Assembly: GCF_963921235.1 (NCBI RefSeq)
Contig: NC_086108.1
Location: forward strand, 95,482,001 to 95,546,000
DNA: 64,000 nt
Reading direction: 5' to 3'
Source: Mobula hypostoma
Taxonomy: Eukaryota
Shown: positions 24,681 to 36,354 of the stretch, one piece after another
Layout: every line of letters begins with the position of its first letter
How positions within the stretch are numbered: the stretch's first letter is position 1
Notes under the pieces: model-generated
What the model was told of the DNA's origin: nothing
The model's database searches: none
The model's input: only the letters and a program-made list of their open reading frames with translations
Position numbers and translations under genes: made by a program

Positions 24681-25010
24681 AGTAGTGTAGCGATTAGCGT
24701 AATGCTATTACAGTGCCAGCCATCCAGGTTCAATTCCTTCTGCATATTTTAGTGCGCATGCGCCGGTCGGGCATGCAGCCTGTTACAGTCGTTCCGATCA
24801 GTATTCTTACTTTACCCAATTTCCCTCGGGATCAATGAAGTATATTTATCTATCTATCTGTTCTCCTCGAGATTGCATGAGTTTCCTCCGGGTGCTCCAG
24901 TTTCCTCCCACATCCCAAAGGTGTACAGGTTAGTAAGTTAATTGGTCACATGGGTGTAATTGGGCCAGAAAAGCCTGTTACTGTTCCCTAATCTGCAAGT
25001 GAAAATAAAG
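24681..25010 (+). mobile_element. V-SINE-like SINE with a short internal insert (~24745-24858)
   Basis: GGTTCAATTCC head; TTTCCTCCGGGTGCTCCAGTTTCCTCCCACATCCCAAAG core. Confidence 0.65.
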
Positions 25011-26107
25011 TTAACAACTACACAAGCTACTAGCAAACTCCAAATGCAATCTTTCAATTAAAAGTGTTAAACAGTTGACACAGTTGTACACTTTAATATA
25101 ATTTGTCAATTTTTCTTTTTAAATTAAGTTTTTGGACAAAACCGGTAATTTGGAAAGCAAATCAGTGTTTGCAGCAGATATTCCCCCATGGAACAGGCTA
25201 GCCTGTTACAACATTACTGACAGGAGAGTCTAATTGTAAGTGCGGCTTCAGGAACGTCCTGTCGGAAAACCTGACTGGCCAAGAGTGTTCATAGATATAA
25301 AATAATTGGAATAAGAATTGTGCCACATCGATGAAAGTATAATGAAAGAGAGGTAAATAAGCATGCTGTTTTGAAAGCAACATGGTCCTGCACTGAAGCC
25401 AGCACTCAGCAACATGTGACAATTTATTGCAAATGGCAATATGACAATAGCAATTCGCGTGAGCCCTGACAAAATGGATTCAGCCTCTCTGCAAGTACTG
25501 GATATAGCTACTAGCCAGTTCACACGTAAACTAGATGCACTATTTAAATATAATGAAGTATGAGCCACTTAAGTACTTTCCCAAGACCTAGTTTGCAATA
25601 TAAAATAAAGTGAATTATTAACCCTCTCAACCCCATTCTCCTGCTGTCTCTACACAACTTTTGACAACCTTACTAATTAAGAACCTTGGCTTTAAATATA
25701 CCCAATGCCTCCACAGTCTGTGGCAATGAATTCCACAGATTCACCACCCTCTGGCTAAGGAAGCCTTTTCCTCTCAACCCTACTCTCCTGCTTTCTCCCC
25801 ATAACTTTGATGTCCTGACGACATCATACATCATTTGCAGCATCAGCCTTCCCACAAGGATAGCACTCCACATTAGACTAACACATCTGACAACATTTTG
25901 AATTTGATAACTTGATTATGGGGATTCCAAAAGCTTTATTTTCTCTGAGGAAAAAATGAAAAAAGTAGTAGTACAGATTATTAGACAGGACAAGGCCTCA
26001 GATACAAACTCACACTTGATACAGTAATTGTGCTTGAGCTGAGGTGGTTTCAATGAGAATACCAGCTAAGCTGACAGTTATGGTCCAAGGACACAAATAC
26101 ACTCATT

Positions 26108-27787
26108 GGCAAAGAAGGCAAATGCAATGTTGGCATTTATTTCAAGGGGAATAGAATATAAAAGCAAGGCGATATGCTGAGCCTTTATAAGACACTAGTC
26201 ACTCTGAACTTGGAGTATTGTCAACAGTTTTGGGCCTGTACTCACTGGAATTTAGGAGAATAGGGGGTGGGGGGATCTCATTGAAACCTACCGAATGTTG
26301 AAAGGACTAGATAGGGTGGATGTGCTGAGGATGTTTCCTATGGTGGGGGTATCCAGAACTGGAGGGCACAGCCTCAAAACTGAGGGGCAACCTTTTAGAA
26401 CTGAGGTAAGGAGGAATTATTTTAGCCAGAGAGTAGTACATCTGAGGAATGCACTGCCACAAACTGCAGTGGAGGCCAAGTTAGTATGTATATTTAAGGC
26501 GGAATCAGATTGTTTCCTGATTGGTAAGGGCATCAAAGGATATGGAGCGAAGGCAAGTGTATGGGGTTGAGTGGGACCCAGGATCAGCAACGATGGAATG
26601 GCAGCACAGATGCAATAGACAATAGACAATAGGTGCAGGAGTAGGCCATTCGGCCCTTCGAGCCAGCACCACCATTCACTGTGATCATGGCTGATCATCC
26701 ACAATCAGTATCCTGTTTCTGCCTTCTCCCCATATCCCTTGACTCCGCTATCTTTAAGAGCTGTATCTAACTCTTTCTTGAAAGAATCCAGAGAATTGGC
26801 CTCCACTGCCTTCTGAGGCAGAGCATTCCACAGATCCACAACCCACTGTGTGAAAAAGTTTTCCTCAACTCCGTTCTAAATGGTCTGCCCCTTATTCTTA
26901 AACTGTGGCCTCTGGTTCTGAACTCCCCCAACATCGGGAACATGCTTCCTGCCTCTAGCGTGTCCAATCCTTTAATAATCTTATATGTTTCAATCAGATC
27001 CCCCTCATCCTTCTAAATTCCAGCGTATACAAGCCCAGTCGCTCCAATCTTTCAACATATGACATTCCCGCCATCCCTGGAATTAACCCAGTGAACCTCC
27101 GCTGCATTCCCTCAATAGCAAGAATGTCCTTCCTCAAATTTGGAGACCAAAACTGCACACAATACTCCAGGTGTGGTCTCATCAGGGCCTTGTACAATTG
27201 CAGAAGGACCTCTTTGCTCCTATACTCAAATCCCCTTGTTATGAAGGCCAACATGCCATTAGTTTTCTTCACTGCCTGCTGTACCTGCATGCTTACTTTC
27301 AGTGACTGATGAACAAGGACACCCAGATCTCGTTGTACTTCCCCTTTTCCTAACTTGACACTATTCAGATAGTAATCTGCCTTCCTGTTCTTGCCACCAA
27401 AGTGGATAACCTCACATTTATCCACATTAAACTGCATCTGCCATGCATCTGCCCACTCACCCAACCTGTTCAAGTTACCCTGCATTCTCATAACATCCTC
27501 CTCACATTTCACACTGTCACCCAGCTTTGTGTCATCTGCAGATTTGCTAATGCTACTTTTAATCCCTTCATCTAAATCATTAATGTATATTGTAAATAGT
27601 TGCGGTCCCAGCACCGAGCCTTGCGGTACCCCACTGGTCACTGCCTGCCATTCTGAAAAGGACCTGTCAATCCTTACTCTTTGTTTCCTGTCTGCCAACC
27701 AATTTTCTATCCATGTCAGCACCCTACCCCCAATACCATGACTCAACGGGCTGAATGGCCTAATTCTGCTCCTATGTCTTATGGTCT
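26108..27787 (+). mobile_element. CR1 3' fragment whose 3' UTR is split by an antisense CR1
   Basis: ORF 26295..26570; UTR breaks at ~26612 and resumes at 27741 (ACTCAACGGGCTGAATGGCC..CTATGTCTTATGGTCT). Confidence 0.85.
26613..27740 (-). mobile_element. Young 5'-truncated CR1
   Basis: ORFs 26994..27746 and 26767..26967; (CTATTGT)n tail. Confidence 0.93.
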
Positions 27788-28273
27788 AATACCAATACAA
27801 GTAAATAAATAATGGCAGCACTCCAGATCTAGTATTAAGTACATCTATTATCTAAGTATGTATATTATATTCAACCTTGAGATTTGTCTCTTTACAACCA
27901 CAAAGAAATCAAATAGAATCCATTAAAAAACTGTTAAACACCCAACAAACAGGAAAAAACAACTCTTGCAGACAGTAAAAGTAAGCAACAAACGTTCAGA
28001 ACTGAGATTCACAGCCTCAGTTCAGCGCAGAGATATGTAGACCTTGTGGACAGTGAGTCGAACTGGCCTACCCCTCACCTCCAGCCCCAACACCCTGACC
28101 TGGGTTTGTTTATGAGTGTCCTGGAAACATTTCTCCTTCACAGATGCTGCCTGACCTACTGAGTGTTTACAACATTTTTTGCGGAACTGAAGCAATTTCA
28201 GCTAGTTTATTCACTTTAATAAATGGGTATGGATTTGAGGGAGACAGATAGTTCCAGGTACTTTACTTCAACA

Positions 28274-28550
28274 GGGTGGCATGTTGATTAGCACAATGTT
28301 TTACAGTATCAGCGACTTGGGTTGAATTCCTGCTGCTGCCTGTAAGGAGTTTGTACGTCCTACCCGTGACTGTGTCAGTTACCCCTGGGTGCTCCGGTTT
28401 CCTCCCACAGTCTAAAGATGTACCGTTTGGCAGGTTAATTGGTTGTAAATTGTCCCATGGTTAGCCTAGGATTAAATTGGGGGATTGTTGGGCAGCATAG
28501 CTCAAAGGCCGTAAGGGCCTATCCCAAGCTGTATCTCAATAAATAAATAG
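28274..28550 (+). mobile_element. tRNA-derived V-SINE-like SINE
   Basis: GGGTTGAATTCC B box; GGAGTTTGTACGT..GGGTGCTCCGGTTTCCTCCCACA core; (AATA)n tail. Confidence 0.78.
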
Positions 28551-30214
28551 AAATAACATTATCAATAGATGTATTATCCATTTATTCACTTTATTACAGA
28601 GAATAGCCTATTGTTTGATAATATGAAAAAGGAACTAGAAGTCAAGTGACATGGATACTTCTGAGAGAAGTAATATGATTCTACACTAACGCAAGTCATT
28701 TTTCTTTATTTCATCAGAGTTCAGAGCAAAAACCAAAGCAAACAGTCATGGGCTTATCTGTGCAGTTGGAAAATACTGGCAAGATTCAGATGACCACAGT
28801 TTCTTCAAATTTGCCTCTTGAGCAATTGCACATGAATAGTTGCTCTAACCTTGCAAATCTGCTCTGCAACAAGACTCGAAGAATGCATTAAAGGATCAGC
28901 ATACACGGGGCTACGTGAGCTCTCTTAATCAAAATGATCTCACCATTGAAAAAATATAGATGGACTACTAGACATTATCAGGGACTAGTCTTGTGCATAG
29001 TGGAGAGCTGGGCTGTTCACTGTAATCTTTGCTGCTGGAAATAATTTAACATGGTTTTATTTTATACTGTAGGTGTATAGTAGGGAACAGTACCAGGAAA
29101 TATCCCTTGTTAAAAGAATTGAGGCAGAACTGAAGCTAAACTGGAGATGTATAAATTGTGGATTGTGGAGGGAAATATTGGGCTATAATCCTCTAGACTG
29201 AATGAATATAAAGCAGGTTCATTCAACCAGCTGGTCTTTATGTATTTTTTGTGTTATAAACTGCTACAAGAAGAAACTAGTTGGTAGGAAATGTTGTTCC
29301 CCTCATACACGGCATAAGTACAATACTAACTGCAAACAATTCAGACCAATTTCTTCCATTAAAATGTCAAAGTTCTTTCATCACTTAAATCATCACATGC
29401 TTACTACCTTGCTATATCCAAAAGAGAGATAAATTAAAATCCAGCAATGCGGCTTTCCTGAATGCACTCTCCAGGGTTATGAGTTTCCATTAGAAGTGAT
29501 TAATATTTGATGGGAGGTCTTGAAAAGGCAATGCCTATCAGGCAATTGATTTGAACAGTTTAAAGTGTTCAAGGCCAGTAAGCGTACTAAAAACACTGAC
29601 TACAAATATAAATCTTAATTTTGTATAGAAAACACTGCTAATTTTTGATTCATAATAAATCTGATGGGTACTGCTGTCAAATCTAATTGCCTGAAGACAT
29701 CTTCTACCATATAGAAAGGATCTAAACATACTTTGCCACGGTAATATTGGCTCCAATTTTGCATTAAAAAATAACTGCCAGTTTTGCAAGGAACTGCTGG
29801 CCTTGTTTCAACAACAACGTAGGAGTGAGAATTCCAGATGTGATCAAACACATGCAAGTGCCGAACTTTTGAACACGCTCTGATGTTGCTGTCTTCACGG
29901 AGTTCTATAGCACAGCCTCTTGCAGTTCCCCAGTAGAGATGCTATTAAGTCTGTCTGACAAATCAGGTTAGTGGTCCTTCATCAGAAACATTAACCCTGT
30001 TTCTCCTTCCACAGATGCTGCCTGACCTGCTGAATGCTTGCAACATTTTCTGAAGAGCTAAAGCAGTTTCATCCAGTTTATTTACTTTAATAAATGGGAA
30101 TAGATTTGAGACACACTACAGTTACAGGTACTTCACAATTTTTATACTTGATTGAGTTAAACAATTCACAAACTGACAGTCTAAATTTTGCTGGAGGAAC
30201 CACTTTGGGTATTC

Positions 30215-31775
30215 AAGTTTGCCAATGATATGTGTGATGAGGAAGCTTGCTCTCTATTGCAGTATATAAATAGGTTGAGCTAGTGGGTGCAAACCTGACA
30301 AATAGAACTTAACGTGGGAAGAAGTGCACTTAGGCACTTTGGTAAGATGAATCTAAAAGCAGAGTATCATCGAAATAGAGAATAATTTTGTGCAAGGAAA
30401 GCAAAGGAATTTAAACACGGAAGATTCTGCAGGTGCTGGAAATCCAGTGCAACAGTTATGATGAAGAGTCTCAGCCCGAAATGTCCACTGTTTGTTCATT
30501 TTCATAGATGCTGCCTGACCTGCTGAGTTCCTCCAGCATTTTGTGTGCGTGTGTTGCAGAGGAATCTAGATGTTCTGTTCATGAACCACAAGAAGTCAGC
30601 AGATAACATATGGTCAGGAAGGCTCATTGGCTTTTACTGCAAGGTTAGAGTTTAGAAATAGGGAAGTATTCATACAATTCTGCAGGGTACCATGCATAGT
30701 TCTCAGCCTGTTTTGAAGGCAATCCAAAAGAGATTTGCTCAGCTAATTCTTGGAATGAGAGAATTATTCATTCACCAGAGCCTTAAGAAACTAGATCTAT
30801 ATTCCTTAGAGTTTAGAAGAATGAGGGAGGCATCTTATTGAAACAGATATTAAACAGAGTGGTGTGATAGGTTAGGTGTTGAAATACTTCAACATCTACC
30901 CTGTCATGCCCCTATGTTGAAACCGTGAGTGTGACCAGGGAAAACAGATACTAGATTAGGGGCAGTCTTTTAAAACCGAGGAGTGTAGGAACAACTTCTT
31001 GCGGAGGGTGGTGAGCCTCTGAAATACTTTAGAGGATTGTGGGGTACTGGATAAATTTGAAAGAGTAATCTGGGAATTAAGGGGAATTGGACAGAAGAAC
31101 AGATGAGGTGTGTGGCAAATCAGCTACTTCTTAGGAAGGAATTAGGAAAACAGAGACAGAGACAGGAGTCCACTCTGCTATTCAATATCACAACTGATCT
31201 TTCAGTTCAGCACCACTTTCTATAAACACAACACATTTCTTAATACTTTTAAATCTGCTGATCATATATAGTTAGTCCCTAAACCTCCAGTCTCTCTTGG
31301 GTAGCAAAATTCCAACGATCAACTAAGCTTTGCGTGAAGAAATAATTTATTTTCTCAGTCCTGTATGCCCAAACCCTTATTCTTAGATTGCAACCCTTGG
31401 TTTGAAGTATCCAAAAATGTCATGTCTGCATCTACCCTACCAAGACCCTTGAAGAACTTTAAATGTTGTTAAGAGATCTCCTTCTCAAAGTCAACTAAGG
31501 GAACTCAAAGGTTCACGAGAATGATCCAAGGAATGAAAAGGTTAGCATATGAGAAGTGTTTGATGTCTTTGGGCCTGTACTTACTGGAGTTTAGGGGGAT
31601 GTCAGACGGCTGTGCAGGCCATGGCACCGGATATACTTAAGGCACAGGTTGATAGGTTCTTGATTAATTAGGGTGTCAAGGATTGCAGGGAGAAGGCAGG
31701 AGAATAGGGTTGAGCGGGATAATAAACCAGCCGTGATGGAATAGCCTAATTCTGCTCCTGTGTCTTATGGTCCAA
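30215..31775. mobile_element. Cluster of old CR1 fragments on both strands with a Penelope-terminus insert at ~30412-30557
   Basis: Recognisable but heavily mutated CR1 3' motifs. Confidence 0.6.
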
Positions 31776-32077
31776 TTAAGAACACAATAAATAATGGCCT
31801 TACTATGTACATTCACAAGGCAAATAAAGAACTAAAAATTTGTTTTATACAAACATAGAAAATAGGTGCAGGAGTAGGCCATTCGGCCCTTCGAACCTGC
31901 ACCGCCATTTATTATGATCATGGCTGATCATCCAACTCAGAACCCTGCACCAGCCTTCCCTCCATACCCCCTGATCCCCGTAGCCACAAGGGCCATATCT
32001 AACTCCCTCTTAAATATAGCCAATGAACTGGCCTCAACTGTTTCCTGTGGCAGAGAATTCCACAGATTCACCACTCT

Positions 32078-34990
32078 CTATGTGAAGAAGTTTTTCCTAA
32101 TCTCGGTCCTAAAAGGCTTCCCCTTTATCCTCAAACTGTGACCCCTCGTTCTGGACTTCCCCAACATCGGGAACAATCTTCCTGCATCTAGCCTGTCCAA
32201 TCCCTTTAGGATTTTATACGTTTCAATCAGATCCCCCCTCAATCTTCTAAATTCCAACGAGTACAAGCCCAGTTCATCCAGTCTTTCTTCATATGAAAGT
32301 CCTGCCATCCCAGTAATCAATCTGGTGAACCTTCTTTGTACTCCCTCTATGGCAAGGATGTCTTTCCTCAGATTAGGGGACCAAAACTGCACACAATACT
32401 CCAGGTGTGGTCTCACCAAGGCCTTGTACAACTGCAGTAGTACCTCCCTGCTCCTGTACTCGAATCCTCTCGCTATAAATGCCAGCATACCATTCGCCTT
32501 TTTCACCGCCTGCTGTACCTGCATGCCCACTTTCAATGACTGGTGTATAATGACACCCAGGTCTCGTTCCACCTCCCCTTTTCCTAATCGGCCACCATTC
32601 AGATAATAATCTGTTTTCCTATTTTTGCCACCAAAGTGGATAACTTCACATTTATCCACATTAAATTGCATCTGCCATGAATTTGCCCACTCACCCAACC
32701 TATCCAAGTCACCCTGCATCCTCTTAGCATCCTCCTCACAGCTAACACTGCCGCCCAGCTTCGTGTCATCCGCAAACTTGGAGATGCTGCATTTAATTCC
32801 CTCATCCAAGTCATTAATATATATTGTAAACAACTGGGGTCCCAGCACTGAGCCTTGCGGTACCCCACTAGTCACTGCCTGCCATTCTGAAAAGGTCCAG
32901 TTTATTCCCACTCTTTGCTTCCTGTCTGCTAACCAATTCTCTATCCACATCAATACCTTACCCCCAATACCGTGTGCTTTAAGTTTGCACACTAATCTCC
33001 TGTGTGGGACCTTGTCAAAAGCCTTTTGAAAATCCAAATATACCACATCCACTGGTTCTCCCCTATCCACTCTACTAGTTACATCCTCAAAAAATTCTAT
33101 GAGATTCGTCAGACATAATTTTCCTTTCACAAATCCATGCTGACTTTGTCCAATGATTTCACCGCTTTCTAAATGCGCTGTTATCACATCTTTGATAACT
33201 GACTCCAGCAGTTTCCCCACCACCGACGTTAGGCTAACCGGTCTATAATTCCCCGGTTTCTCTCTCCCTCCTTTTTTAAAAAGTGGGGTTACATTAGCCA
33301 CCCTCCAATCCTCAGGAACTAGTCCAGAATCTAACGAGTTTTGAAAAATTATCACTAATGCATCCACTATTTCTTGGGCTACTTCCTTAAGCACTCTGGG
33401 ATGCAGACCATCTGGCCCTGGGGATTTATCTGCCTTTAATCCCTTCAATTTACCCAACACCACTTCCCTACTAACATGTATTTCGCTTAGTTCCTCCATC
33501 TCACTGGACCCTCTGTCCCCTACTATTTCTGGAAGATTATTTATGTCCTCCGTAGTGAAGACAGAACCAAAGTAATTATTCAATTGGTCTGCCATGTCCT
33601 TGCTCCCCGTAATCAATTCACCTGTTTCTGTCTGTAGGGGTCCTACATCTGTCTTTACCAGTCTTTTCCTTTTTACATATCTATAAAAGCTTTTACAGTC
33701 AGTTTTTATGTTCCCTGCCAGTTTTCTCTCATAATCTTTTTTCCCCTTCCTAATTAAGCCCTTTGCCCTCCTCTGCTGAACTCTGAATTTCTCCCAGTCC
33801 TCAGGTGAGCCACTTTCTCTGGCTAATTTGTATGCTTCTTCTTTGGAATTGATACTATCCCTAATTTTCCTTGTCAGCCACGGGTGCACTACCTTCCTTG
33901 ATTTATTCTTTTGCCAAACTGGGATGAACAATTGTGGTAGTTCAACCATGCAATCCTTAAATGCTTGCCACTGCATATCCACCGTCAATCCTTTAAGTGT
34001 CATTTGCCAGTCTATCTTAGCTAATTCACGTCTCATACCTTCAAAGTTACCCCTCTTTAAGTTCAGAACCTTTGTTTCTGAATTAACTATGTCACTCTCC
34101 ATCTTAGTGAAGAATTCCACCATATTATGGTCACTCTTACCCATGGGGCCTCTCACAACAAGATTGCTAATTAATCCTTCCTCATTGCTCAAAATCCAGT
34201 CTAGAATAGCCTGCTCTCTAGTTGGTTCCTTGACATGTTGGTTCAAAAAACCATCCCACATACATTCCAAGAAATCCTCTTCCTCAGCACCTTTAACAAT
34301 TTGGTTCACCCAATCTACATGTAGATTGAAGTCACCCATTATAACTGCTGTTCCTTTATTGCACACGTTTCTAATTTCCTGTTTAATACCATCTCTGACC
34401 TCACTACTACTGTTAGGTGGCCTGTACACAACTCCCACCAGCGTTTTCTGCCCCTTAGTGTTACGCAGCTCTACCCATATCGATTCCACATCTTCCCGGC
34501 TTATGTCCTTCCTTTCTATTGCGTTAATCTCATCTTTAACCAGCAACGCCACCCCACCTCCTTTTCTTTCATGTCTATCCCTCCTGAATATTGAATATCC
34601 CTGAACGTTGAGCTCCCATCCTTGGTCACCCTGGAGCCACGTCTCTGTGATCCCAACTATATCATAATCATTAATAACAATCTGCACTTTCAATTCATCC
34701 ACCTTGTTACAAATGCTCCTTGCATTGACACACAAAGCCTTCAGGCGCTCTTTTACAACTCTCTTAGCCCTTATACAATTATGTTTAAAAGTGGCCCTTT
34801 TTGATGCTTGCCCTGGATTTGTGGGCCTGCCACTGTTACTTTTTTCCTTACTACTTTTTGCTTCTACCCTCACTTTACACCCCTCTGTCTCTCTGCACTG
34901 GTTCCCATCCCCCTGTTGTGAACTAACCTCCTCTCGCCTAGCCTCTTTAATTTGATTCCCACCCCCCAACCATTCTAGTTTAAAGTCACC
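32078..34990 (-). pseudogene. CR1 ORF2 (APE endonuclease plus reverse transcriptase) with one nonsense mutation removing the last 47 residues
   Basis: NARSI..GITETW..YRPP..MGDFN..SDHN (APE); PGPDG..YRPVSL..FADDTK (RT); CAG>TAG at 32078-32080 versus sibling copies; natural TGA at 31937-31939. Confidence 0.95.
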
Positions 34991-35295
34991 TCAGTTGCCC
35001 TCGCTAATCTCCCTGCCAGGATATTGGTCCCCCTAGGATTCAAGTATAACCCGTCCTTTTTGTACAGGTCACGCCTGCGCCAAAAGAGGTCCCAATGATC
35101 CAAAAACTTGAATCCCTGCCTCCTGCTCCAATCCCTCAGCCACGCATTTATCCTCCACCTCATCACATTCCTACTCTCACTGTCGCGTGGCACAGGCAGT
35201 AATCCCGAGATTACTACCTTTGTGGTCCTTTTTCTCAACTCCCTTCCTAGCTCCCTATATTCTCCTTTCAGGACCTCTTCCCTTTTCCTACCTAT
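34975..35295 (-). pseudogene. CR1 ORF1 C-terminus (SGNH esterase-like)
   Basis: VVISGLLPVP..INAWLRDWSRRQGFKFLDHW..KDGLYLNPRG (DGLHL-type block). Confidence 0.88.
34978..34984 (-). promoter_or_regulatory. U_UUA_AAC slippery heptamer directly before the ORF1 stop; ORF2 is in the -1 frame
   Basis: ORF1 ACT TTA AAC TAG; ORF2 frame GAC TTT AAA CTA GAA TGG TTG. Confidence 0.65.
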
Positions 35296-36354
35296 TGAAT
35301 AAACTGAATTTAATTTTTCCAGCTCCTGCCCAGATTATGAACCCTAGCCATTTCAATACTTTAACAACTAAACTAGAGTATACAACATTGAACTAGATTA
35401 GTCAGACACAACCTCTGCTTCAGAGATCATCCGGCAACTTTATTAAAGTTTAGTTGTTGCATCAACTTTGAGATGCTGTATCAGAGCACCACATAAAACT
35501 GAATTCAGAGGGAATTTCCACACAATAACCTTGACCAAAATGTAGTTCTATTATTCTGCTTTACATAATAAAATACAACAGAATTGGGAAAGTAAATGCT
35601 TTAATGACATAAAAAATGGGTCATCTGTGTGTGTTGCTTTTTTCCAAGTGCTTGTTCTATACTTTAATAGGAAAATGTTAAAAGTGTATCTATGTTGATA
35701 CTTTATATTCTTTAATTCCCGGTTTCTCTATAGTAGACATATTTGCAGATGCTAACAGTGTGATTTCAAAGAACACCATAAATTTATGCTTCCATTGTTT
35801 TGTCGAAGACAAATCTAAAATAGTTTGTGTTGCTGACATATAATATGGAGTATGCATATGCAAAACCAGATCACACTGTTACCACCTGCAAACACACCTA
35901 CTACGGACAAACTGGGAATTAAAAAATATAAAGCCATAAGGAATTCCAGTGATGAAGAATTAGACATTGGTTTTAATCTATCTGGATCATTAAATGTACA
36001 TTGCAAATGGACCCATTCAAATTTTGCTTATATCAATAAATATATTTTTAAATGTTGAAGTTAAATGTCCCCAAAAATTGTATCCCAGAATATTTTGCAC
36101 AACACAGAACTAAATACTTTCAGACGTGAAAAAGGAACCTTGATCAAAGACTAGTCATGTACAAGAGAATGATTTTCACCATTTTCCATTAATATAAGTA
36201 GTCAACTAAAATATGATTTTAACACAGAAGATATTGGCTGGAGGATGCACAAAGTACATACACAATTGTCAGCAGGAACTAAGCGAGTTTGGGAGAATAG
36301 TAGAATAAATAGGACAGCAAATAGCATAAGTCTGATATGTGTGCTCAAAATTAC

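Larger units (their letters stand above)
31851..35295 (-). mobile_element. Young CR1 LINE, 5'-truncated within ORF1
   Basis: ORF1 3' part, near-complete ORF2, 3' UTR stem-loop and TTTCTATG tail. Confidence 0.97.

Noticed and set aside
25198..25590. Overlapping minus-strand ORFs in non-repeat sequence
   Set aside because: Frames from the best acceptor hit stops and no donor was found; could be non-coding
28274..28335. tRNA-like A/B boxes
   Set aside because: SINE heads, not cloverleaf tRNA genes; no rRNA, tRNA gene or CRISPR array seen in the window
28718..28891. Plus-strand acceptor followed by a 57-codon open frame
   Set aside because: No partner exons on the plus strand; peptide unrecognisable
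29538..29940. Minus-strand open frames with a GTATGT donor near 29730
   Set aside because: No convincing acceptor; frame ambiguous
33828..34604. 258-aa plus-strand ORF and similar antisense ORFs (17062..17634, 20581..20985, 21004..21417, 32625..33029)
   Set aside because: Antisense shadows of CR1 ORF2 codon structure; no independent protein features
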